From Octopus vulgaris (Eukaryota): 64,000 bases of DNA. The notes beneath the pieces were generated by a model. The model was not told the origin of the DNA. It ran no database searches and worked only from the letters and a program-made list of their open reading frames with translations. The position numbers and the translations under genes are program-made. Positions 53,469 through 64,000 of this stretch are shown here, in pieces (positions within the stretch are counted from its first letter, which is position 1; each line of letters begins with the position of its first letter). The stretch covers positions 62,372,001-62,436,000 of the forward strand of contig OX597820.1 in assembly GCA_951406725.2 (NCBI GenBank), written 5' to 3'.

Positions 53469-54569
53469 TTTTCCTCTTTTTTTGTTTTTTATCTTTCTAG
53501 ATCTATAAAAACAGACTTTGCATGTAACTGTTGCTTGTGACTCTTACCGATTTGGTTGGTGCCGTGAAGGTCTCTCTTAAACTGTTGTACGTCAACACCA
53601 ACGTGGAAAACACGAGATAGAATCGAGAACCAAAATCCGACAATCTGAGAAGCAAGTACTAAACGTGGTAGTTAATGTCGAGCATGCAGGCGGAGTGTAA
53701 CATGGGGTGTAGGAGAATATGAGACGAGTAAGTCAGGAATACTTTAGAGGAGGGTGCTGTGTATGGCTACTATAATAGTCTCCTGTTCCTAGAAGGAAGA
53801 GTTTATTATAGTAGCCACAATACAGTAGCCGCTTCCTAGAAGAAGGATTTATTATGGTAGTCATACAACTGATAGAGAAAGAAAGTAAAATACCTGTACC
53901 GGAGACAGGGGTGAGTCAGCGAAAGATTTCCTACCTATCAGTCGAGCAGCCTTTTTCTGGATGTCTTAAAATGTCTGTGTGTAAGGCAGCAGCAGTACCG
54001 TCCCAGATATAGAAAGAGTATTCACCTAATCTTCGTAAGGTATATGTATCCTTAAGGGATGAATCGTTTTCTGACGAGACAGGTTAGTCATTTGAGTTAG
54101 AGCCTGGCTGATGGTATGCATGCAGTACAATCCAGAATGAAATGGATAGTCTCGGCAAGCTGGACACTGGTCACAGGGACTGTACTTAGCCGAGTGACTT
54201 GCTATGTTACGGAAGTGCTTTACTTGAAGTTATCTTCAGTGAAACCAAGGTCTGAACATTTGGAGCGATCATGGGAGCTCTACCTGCCTGCTACATATAT
54301 TTAAGCAGGTGAGACACGATGATGCTTCCTTGATCTAAGTAACTGTTGTTGATTTTATTATGGTAAAAGGCTAAATTACAATATCTTCATAGGAAAATAT
54401 ATTTGCTCAATGCTCTGTAAACACTGTAAGGGTTGTAAGACATGATGACATGAACAGCTGAAACAGAGTCTACGAAGCCGTGACCAACAGGAAGGAACAA
54501 AGCAGGTATTCTGACTGCGCCCACTTGGTGTATTCATCTACTTGCAGTACTGATCCTTTGGCTCATTTC

Positions 54570-54915
54570 AGACAGGTATGTGAAACTGCTGTAGTCTTTG
54601 ATCAGTGTCAGGCTGGAATGGGTTGCTGCTCGAAGGTCATATGTATTTCGCAGCCTGATTCGATTCTTTACCATACCTTCAGAAATTGTCAGAATTGGTT
54701 GTCGGAGAATTTATATATCAGTAGTTTCAGTTTTTGACTACCTAATTCCCCCGATTGCAATCCCATGGATTACTTTGTGTAGGGTGCAGATGAGAAAGAC
54801 ACCAATCGTTCCGCTAGTAGCAAAAAGCCTAGATGTTGATCAAAATAAAGGAGGTGTTCAAAGGTCTTCCTTGGGACGGAGAGGAACTCATGAGTCCAAG
54901 TTCGGAGTCATCTTC
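54570..54915 (+). pseudogene. Tc1/mariner-superfamily (maT/DD37D-like) transposase catalytic fragment
   Basis: WVAARRSYV / QPDSILYHTFRNCQNWLSEN / PNSPDCNPMDYFV*GADEKDTN (cf. QQDSAPxH...WPPNSPDxNPxDYxVWG). Confidence 0.8.
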
Positions 54916-55004
54916 AAGTCTTCATATACATACATACATACATACATTATATATATATATATATATAGTTGAAGTATACAGAACAAAAATAGGTGTATAA
55001 ACAA

Positions 55005-55445
55005 CAAGCGGGAGAAGCACAGTCCACGGATCGTGCTGTGACATGGGTGATGTGGATATGGGTAAGGGGATATCTACGAAGGATGAAGTAGCGAACCATG
55101 AGTTGACACCGAGTCTCAGAGTCATGGTTGTCACTGTAGAGCCTGCGCAGAAGGAGGAATTGAGAGTAGGGGATGGAGAGCTTGGTGTGGATAAGGTGGG
55201 ACGAAGAGAATTTGGGGTATGAGTGTGAATCGGTGTGTTTGTAGTGGATGGAGGTATTGCGAGCGGAGTTGTGTATGTTGACCGAAATGTCGTGAAAGGC
55301 GACGGAAGTGTTGGAAATCGTGCAGGAGAATTCGGGGGCAGGATGGAAGTATTAGACGAAAGAGTGGAAGGAGTCTAGTTGCTCGCGAGAGAGCGAGGTC
55401 GCACCGATACAGTCATCAATATAACGACCGTATAGTTCGGGAGGG
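55005..55445 (-). mobile_element. Penelope-like (Neptune-like) reverse transcriptase fragment
   Basis: ELYGRYIDDCIGATSLSREQLDSFHSFV*YFHPAPEFSCTIS...SIHYKHTDSHSY...SIPYSQFLLLRRLYSD; absent from the ORF track. Confidence 0.92.
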
Positions 55446-55446
55446 G

Positions 55447-55665
55447 GACGGGCTTCTTTCAGTTTCCGACTACCAAGTCCACTCACAAGGCTTTGGTGAG
55501 CCCGAGGCTATAATAGAAGACATATCGTCTGTCCTTGTTTGTCCCCACTATGTTTAGCCCCTTGTGGGCAATAAAAAAAATAAGAAGACATATTCCCAAG
55601 GTACCGAGCAGAGGAACTGAAACCAGAAGCATGTGGTTGGGAAGCAAGCTTCTTACCACACAGAC
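55447..55665 (-). mobile_element. SINE family B 5' half interrupted by a family A tail fragment
   Basis: B sequence is broken at AGAAGACAT by GTCTGTCCTTGTTTGTCCCC...CCCCTTGTGGGCAATAAA, and AGAAGACAT recurs after it. Confidence 0.75.
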
Positions 55666-56457
55666 ACTTCTGTGTGTTTGTGTATGTATACGTAGTTACG
55701 TATGTATGTATGCATGTATATGGTAGTGAAGACAGGAAGCTCTAGTGTATGTAAAAAACAGACAACTAGACAACAAAATAAGTAAATAAGTCGATAAAAA
55801 ATAAAACGATAAAAAATTAGAAGAAAATACATTACAAACGTGTGTGTGTACATGTTCGTGTATGTGCGTGTGTGTGTGTATGATATATATATATGAGGAT
55901 GTGTGTATAAGCGTGCGTGTATATGCGTGTGTGTATGGAGGGGTTATATTCTCTGGGTTTTTAGGTCTTGTTTCTAAAAAGGGGGAAGATTTTTGTATTT
56001 GTTATTATTATTGTTGTTGTTGTTGCTTTTGTTGTTATTGTTGTTCTTGTTATTGTTGTTGTTGTTGTTGTTGTTGTTGATGATGATGTCGATATTTTCT
56101 GCTGAAATAATTTTCGAAATATTATTTGTTAGGTTAGCACATCAGAAAGAAAAGGAGATGAAATATTAAAAAAAACAAAAACAATAAACAAAAAAAAGCA
56201 CAAAACAACAATAAAAAATCTAAAAAAAAAAAAAAATACATGAACGAATATCAATGTCTTAGACAATTTTATAAATTAACCACACACCCAGCGCCACAAT
56301 CATTCAATTCTTCCTTCTTACCCCCTCTTTTCCTTCCTCTCTTCCGTCTCGCACAACCTGCTATTTACTGTTAACAATAATTACCTCCTCTTGATAGACA
56401 CATTACATTCATATTGATAAATCGATTGAGTTTGTAGTTATTATGCATTATGTCTTT

Positions 56458-56496
<39 letters not shown>

Positions 56497-56739
56497 TTCC
56501 TAATGATGTTGCTGCTGCTGCAGCTGATGATGATAATGGTGGTGATGATATTATTAATAATAATTATAATATTATTATTAAAAATAAAAATAATACTAAC
56601 AGCAGTTATAACAGATACAACAATGGAAACATCCATAATATTTATTAATAATATACGAATAAATACATATAAATATACATATAGAAATCCATACATGCAC
56701 ATATATATATGTATATATATATGTATATATATACATATA

Positions 56740-56775
<36 letters not shown>

Positions 56776-56843
56776 TATATGTATATATATACATATATAT
56801 ACATATATATATGCATATATATATATGTATATATATACATATA

Positions 56844-56889
<46 letters not shown>

Positions 56890-58522
56890 TATATATACAT
56901 ATATATACATATATATATATGCATATATATATATATACACATTTATAAATAGACAATACATAACTATACGTATGCATATATGTGTGTGCGTGTGTGTTTG
57001 TATATAGATATATACATAAATGTATGTATATATTTATATATGCATACATATGTGTGTTTATGCACGTCTACATGCTCATGTATGTGATAAGGTAATATCA
57101 TTAAAATTTTAACAATAAGGAATTATTTGCGAATTTATGCGCTGGAAATGCGTACACACATATTCATAAATACAGACACACAGAGGCACACATGCTTACG
57201 CACATACACACATACTTACATACATACATGAATACATGCATACATGAATACATACACACATACATACATGCATAAATGAATACATACATACATACATACA
57301 TACATACATACATACATACATACATACATACATACATACATACATACACACATACACATGCACCGTTAGACATGGTAATAATCTGTTTAGAACAAATTTT
57401 GGTACGAGTGTTAGTGTGTAAGTCTTTGCATCTGTATACATATGCCTCTACACACATTCACGCATATGTTTGTTTTGTTTATCAGCATATATGCGTGCGT
57501 GTCTGCACCAAAATGGAGGAAATCGTTTTTGCTTTAGCAGTTATATGCCATTTTATCTCTACCATTTCTTTAACAACTGTACGAATAATTGCTATCGGTG
57601 AACAATTACCTTTAACAATTATCCAGTACACATCACTTCCGATCTAACTCCATCGCTCTCCTCTTCTCGCTTCCCGCTTTCCATCCCCACATAACGTCTG
57701 CTTTCAATGAAAAAAATTTTAAAAACTTATTTAACATATTACTCAAGATTCTATGATTATCAGCATCAACATCATTAATATTATTATTGTTATAGCCGTT
57801 GCTTTTGTTGCATTTGTTCTCGTTGTTGTTGATGTTGGCATTGATGATTATGGTGATAGTGGGGTCTGTTGTTGCTGTTTTACATTTATTTATGAATTTA
57901 TGTATTGTTTATCTCTTTGTTTATTATCGTCTGCTTCATGTTTCTCGTCTTCAAACGGTATTTTTAAACGAAACAACTCAATCATAATGTTGTTATTGTG
58001 CTGCAGTTTGTTCTTGTAGTCGTAGCCGTTGTTGCTGATGTTGTTGCTGCTGCTGACGCTGCCACTGCTGCTGCTGCTGCTGCTGCTGCTCTTCTTACTT
58101 TTCATCATGCTGTAATTATTTTGCTTTAATTACGTTTTTTGTTAGTCTGTAGTAGCCGTTGTTATTGTTTATATTGTTGCAGCAAGACGAAAAGGGCAGT
58201 AGGTTGGTAAAAACTATTGAGTTTCTAAGCAACTGTTTTACAGTATTTAGTTTCATCTAAACAGTTTTCAGGTTCAAATAGTCCAATATTTGGATTTTTT
58301 CTTTGCTTAAGTTTCCACATTATTTTATCATCACTTTAGAGCCGATCAAAGGTTTACGAGGTTCCAGATTATATCATTCTGAAAACGACTCACTCATTCA
58401 ACTTTTTTTTAACCCAAATGTGTGGCCTCGTGTTAATATATGAAAACTTGAGGTCAGTACATTGAAAAACATACAATATGAATGGATTAAAGTTAGTTAT
58501 TTGCGATATTTTGCTGTCAAAC

Positions 58523-58710
58523 AGGGCGACGAGCTGGTAGCATCTTTAACACGCCGGACAATATGTTCTGAGGTCAAATTTCACTGCCGTCAAATTTGTC
58601 TTTCATCATTTCGGGGTCGATTAAATAAGTATGAATTGAGAAGTGGGTCGATTTAATCGACTTAGCCCCCTCTCTCGAAATAGCTAACCTTGTGCTACAA
58701 TTTGAACCGA
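58523..58710 (+). mobile_element. SINE family A (diverged)
   Basis: GGCGACGAGCTGGTAG...TTTCATCATTTCGGGGTCGATTAAATAAGTA. Confidence 0.75.
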
Positions 58711-59671
58711 TATTTCGCTCCCAGTCCTAAGGGGCGAGTTCAAACCAAACTTCTCAGTTTTGCAGTTTGTCTCTCCAGGCGTGAAAAATAAATGGTCATC
58801 CTTTTGTTTCGCTGCTGAGTATTCCTGTTTCTCAGTCAGCTTAATTACTTGGTCATAGGATTAGCGTGGATGTTGCCAAGTATACCTCAGACAAATTTGA
58901 TCACATCGCAATCCTGAGACACAGCGTATATCATGGCTGACATTTTTAGTTACAGTTACAGTCTGTCGGACGAGCTCGAGTGGATCAATAAATTCAAGCG
59001 ATCTACTGAGTTAAAGATAAGAGACGGAAACAGACTTTGAAAAAGAAAAAGAAAAAGCACTAGGGATGGTTTCCGTCATCAAAAAAATAAAATGCTTTGT
59101 CTTTCACCTTTTACTTGTTTCAGTCATTGGGCAGAGGCCATGCTGGGGCACCACCTTGAAGGGTTTTGTCAAACTAATCGAAACCCGGTTTTTTAATTTT
59201 AAGTCAAATAATTATTCTATCGATTTCTTTTGCCTAACCGTTGATTTACGGGGACGTAGACACACCAACACTGATTGTCAACAACAGCAGTGGGAAACAC
59301 AAAGTCACACATACATATATACACCCATAATATATGTATATATATATAGATATACATATAAAAATGTATATAAGGATATTGTTGTTTACAATAATATCAA
59401 GTGGTGTAGCATGCTTAAAAAGTACCATAAAGTGAAAAATTATTAATTAATAATTAAGGTTGCAACAAACAGAACCAGCACGCTAGTCGCCTACTGACTG
59501 CTATTTTTTAGCGTGCTGGTGCTATTTGTAGCACCCTTAATTATTAATCGATATATACATATGTATGTATGTAAGTATGTATGTATGTATGTATGTATGT
59601 ATGTATGTATGTATGTATGTATGTATGTATGTATGTATGTATGTATGTATGTATGTATGTATGCATGCATG

Positions 59672-59842
<171 letters not shown>

Positions 59843-60831
59843 TGGGTTTTCGCATGGTTTCCGCCTATCCAAATTCACCCACACTGCATTGGTCGGCCAG
59901 GACTTTTTGTAGAAGTACTTGCTTAACGCTTTACACAGTAAAAGTAAACCCGAAGTCACGATGCTGTGCGGTGAGTTTTTCTGTTTTATACTGGAATCTT
60001 CTTTTAACGAACAAAGTTATGTTGTAATATTGTGAACAACCTCAACTGTATGCAAGGCAATAAAAAATGATTATCTGCCAAAATGCACAAGTTATTGTCA
60101 TTGCAGTTAAAAGTTTTCGGATTATTATCAAAATTTTTAGACATGAAGCAATTTTAAAAAAAAATAGTTATAGTAATGGAAATGCAGAACAAATAGCCAT
60201 GTGTTAAATTTCTTTATATTCAGTTGAATTATATTAAGTTACGTTTATGAATTTGTTTTGCAAGTTTCTTGATGTGAAATCATGTGTTGAAACAGATATT
60301 ATTATATTTCGCGATGATCCATTTTTTCTTGCCAAATAAACACACGCACTCTATATTCGTTCTTCACTTGTTTATTGTTCTTATTTTATATTATGCCCAG
60401 TGTCTGGAAATCTTTCGTTACACATCTGTGACCTCTTCAGCGAATCTTCCATCCTCCGTGTATACTCCTGTCATGTTGAGGGATGGGATATTTCCTGACA
60501 CTAGACAAGAACAACCATAAACTAATGAAGAACGAATGTAGAGTACGTGTTCTTATTTGGCAAGAAAAAAATGACCGTCCCGAAATCTAACAATATGTTC
60601 AGTTAAATTTATTTATATTCAGCTTTGCCTTTCACCTCTGTAGGTTGATAAATCTAACCCTGTTCAAGTACTAAAACTATACAGTTTATTTCCTCGGAAA
60701 AGAAATGTAATATTCTTTGACTGCTAGCGATTAGGATCTAAAGGTGGTGGGAAAGAGGTACACAAATGTTTTGCGGCAGTCAGTTATTTTTCTGTTCAAA
60801 TCCTAGTCTAGTCGACTTACCAGTATTCATA

Positions 60832-61170
60832 GTCGGAGACCCCCTTCGGTCATAAATGACCATGGGATTGCGCCTAGAAAGTTACCCGACGAGGCACAAG
60901 TCCAGACAAGCCTGGTTGTTTATGGAAGATCAGCAGTCGCCGATGCATACCAGCCTCCCCTCTCCACGCCACCGATGTTATCCAAGTGAAAGGCAAAGCC
61001 GATACAGCTTGGCACCTGCGGCGTGGAAACTTATTTCTACAGCTGAGTGAACTGGAGAAACGTGAAATAAAGTGTCTTGCTCAAGAACACAACACGCAGC
61101 CCGGTCCGGGATTCGAACTCAAAATCTAACGGTCGTATGTTCGACGCTCAAATCACTGAGCCATGCGCAT
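60832..61170 (-). mobile_element. SINE family D, full-length (Ceph-SINE-like)
   Basis: tRNA head with B-box GAGTTCGAATCCC, GTGTTCTTGAGCAAGACACTT CORE-like segment, RTE-like body, tail CCCATGGTCATTTATGACCGAAGGGGG. Confidence 0.8.
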
Positions 61171-62973
61171 TCACTCAGTATTCATAGTAATGGCCGGTAA
61201 TCATAGATACTACGAAAGACTTAGAGGAGAGGAGGAAGAGCTGCACCAAAATCGTTTATCAATGCTTCACCGATTTTGATGAAAGAGGGTGCGGAAGTTA
61301 TTTTCTAATCAGAGACACTGGCCTAGAATATGCCCCAACTAAATGCGGGCAGATGCCCAAACGGTGGTGGCGAACAAGTATACTAGCCAATAACTAAAGC
61401 GAATCCGCCTATGAAGTTTCCACTTGTATACTGGCTTTGCTCAACTCAGAGCTATAGTAGACGGCATATTCTCAAGATCTTACACAGATTGGACTCAAAA
61501 TAATATTTTTGAGAAGCGAACTTCTTAACCATAAGTTGGCCTCTAAAGACGTTCAAACTGAAGCATCGTTTAGTATGAGGGAATTTATCAGTGAATCTAT
61601 ATTTCTGTTTCGAACCCCGCTTGAAGGACGTCTCTATTCTTGGGAAAACATCAATTTCATATTATCACTTATTCGGCTCATCTTCTGAATATATCCGTTC
61701 TTCGCTGCTTTAGCACATCCCATATTGTTTTAAGAATTCAGACGAGGTTTCCGAGATTGGTAGATGGAAACGAAGACGTATATTCTTAGAATGCAGATCT
61801 GAGAATGATCCCTGCGACAATTGGGGTGGATTAAAGGACTATAAAATGTCAATGAGTGGTTTTTAGCTGTTCGGTAGATTAAGTCTGCTGCGAAAAAACA
61901 TAAACAATTCCATACAACGAAGTTCTGCTTAACTTCCGTCGGTGAAGTTTCAGTCACATGCCTTTGGCCAATCCAAAGCTATAGCAGGAGACACTTGCAT
62001 GGTCGTGACTTGAAATGGAACTCCAAACTACCTTACTGCAAAGCAAACTTTTTGAACTATACAAATATACCTGGTCTGTCTTCATAAAAATATGGTGATA
62101 TATCCTATATTATACACAAATATTGTTTTCTCTTTCTTTAACCAGCGGTCAGCCGAAATTGAGCATACATATCAAGGAAAATATTACGTTCATTGGATAG
62201 CGTATTTCCCTTTAATAATGTTGATCTATATTATCCAGCGAGTCTTTCTTCTGCAACAAAATAAGGCGGGATTTTAGAGTCATGATGTTACTACTTCAAA
62301 CGTGTAGAAGCAAACTGATTGTCTCACTTCTTTGGCTACTATGTAGTAGTTATTTCAAAATATGCCAGAATTAGTAAACATTTTCGGCAATGAAATTGGC
62401 GACTGTACAATGCAGTATGCTTATTAGTTTATCTATTAGTAGGTTACCTCTCTTAAGAGAAATAGGTAACGCTTGAAAGCTGCCACCGCATTGTCTTTTG
62501 ATCTCTCGAAATATTTGAGAATTACGGAGATGTACTTGCATAGCAAGTGATTTGATCTGAGATCGTGTGCTGGAACGAAAACAATTGCAGCGTGGAAGGT
62601 GTTTGTAAGCCATTTAAGAAACACACAAAAGCCGTTCGATTCACTTCAACATTTAAGTTTAATTTGTCAAAATATTTTCGTCGCTATAAGCCCGCGACCT
62701 GTAACCGTAATGTTTTACATGAATATTGCATGTGTTTTAAGAAAGCCTCATTCTATTTATGTTTAATGGATGTTTGTTTGTAGTAGTAGTAGTAGTAGTA
62801 GTAGCTGTTGTTGAACTTATTGTGAATGTTGTTTAACCCTAGGCTAGTCATATTCAGAACAGCTATGAAAAATACCACATTCCAATGTGCAGCATCTTGT
62901 CCTTTTCAGGTTGTAGGAAGAGCATAATTAGATGTAATTTTTTTCACGATGTCAGCACGTTATTAGAAAAATA

Positions 62974-63114
62974 TTAGGTTGTCCCAAAAGTTCGTAAACA
63001 CTTGCGAAAATTGAATTTTTACTCGCCAAGTACTAACAAAAACAACAAAAATTATTCCTCAAAATAAAGACCATTATTTTCCAAGACTTTCTACGAACTT
63101 TTGGGACAACCTTA
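62974..63114. mobile_element. mariner-type MITE (141 bp)
   Basis: TIR AGGTTGTCCCAAAAGTTCGTA / TACGAACTTTTGGGACAACCT; TA on both sides. Confidence 0.9.
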
Positions 63115-63269
63115 TATTTGGTTATTACATATAACAATCCATAGGACTAAGCTTACCTGGCGTAATCTTACAGCTAGACTTATCTTAATAATTTAGTCCA
63201 TACCAGCTGTAGGACAGGGATTTTGTAGAAATGTCAAAATCATGTAAAGAGCCATTTCATTTATATTCT

Positions 63270-63479
63270 TTTCTACTCTAGGCACCAGCCCCGAAAGATT
63301 TGAGGAGGGGTCAGTCGATTAGATCGATCACAGTACGCAACTGGAACTTAATTTATCGACCCCGAAAGGATGAAAGGTAAAGTCGACCACGTCGGAATTT
63401 GAACTCAGAACGTAAAAACAAACAAAATACCGCTAAGCATTTCGCCCAGCGTACTAACGCTTCTTCTAGCTCGCCGCCT
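63270..63479 (-). mobile_element. SINE family A
   Basis: Minus head AAGGCGGCGAGCTAGAAGAAGCG; standard body. Confidence 0.88.
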
Positions 63480-64000
63480 TTGTCATTTCATTTATATTAC
63501 ACCAATAAGGTGATAAAGTGCCTGCTCTTCAAAAAAATTTTAATAAAATAAAATAAAGGTGTAAGCATGTCCATGAATATTTCAGTGTACGACTGAATAC
63601 CAGGATGGATGTGTTTGAACTGTTGTGTCATATCTGGGGACATTGCTTACGTCAGATCCCTAGTTTCCATTCGTTGTGAGTATACATGCTCATTGGTCCC
63701 TAAGACAAACAAGTTATTTGACTGAGATAATTAATAATTATGTGATGATCAGAGTTATAATTGAAATCTTACGTTGATAGCCACAAGCGCTATTTAAGTC
63801 TGAGTGTTTTTTGTTGTATTTTTGGTAACGTCTTGTATTTGTGTATTTGTATATTAATTTATTTTCCCTCGCTTTTTTTTTCCTTTTGCAAACAGCAAAT
63901 GCATAATTATTTATAGAAAAATGCGTTAATGAATAAAGAAATCGCAAAAGTGAAAACGTAAAATTCCATCAAATCTAAGTGGATAGTGACGAAGAGAGGA

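Noticed and set aside
63158-63207. 50-nt minus-strand exon with CAG|GTAAGC
   Set aside because: Stops in all three frames; at best a non-coding exon.

Overview
AT-rich, microsatellite-dense animal DNA with no intact protein-coding gene. The tRNA-derived SINE families and repeat style suggest an octopus or other coleoid cephalopod intron or intergenic region (inference). Almost all ORFs in the track are artefacts of (TA)n/(CA)n/(ACC)n tracts. Recognisable content: four SINE families, three Penelope-like (PLE) RT/GIY-YIG fragments, two mariner remnants plus a mariner-type MITE, a maT/Tc1-like fragment, Helitron pieces, an R4-like endonuclease fragment, a bipartite RTE element and a possible Merlin remnant. 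The most interesting signals are: (1) at least six hammerhead ribozyme motifs, one a U3-A8 compensatory variant inside a 364-bp terminally redundant, TSD-flanked unit; (2) several long foldback elements with mostly unrelated arms that share a one-sided tail motif, one being the ribozyme-less relative of that unit; (3) candidate minus-strand microexons, including a duplicated 18-nt pair 11 kb apart. All alignments and folds were done by eye and need computational confirmation.
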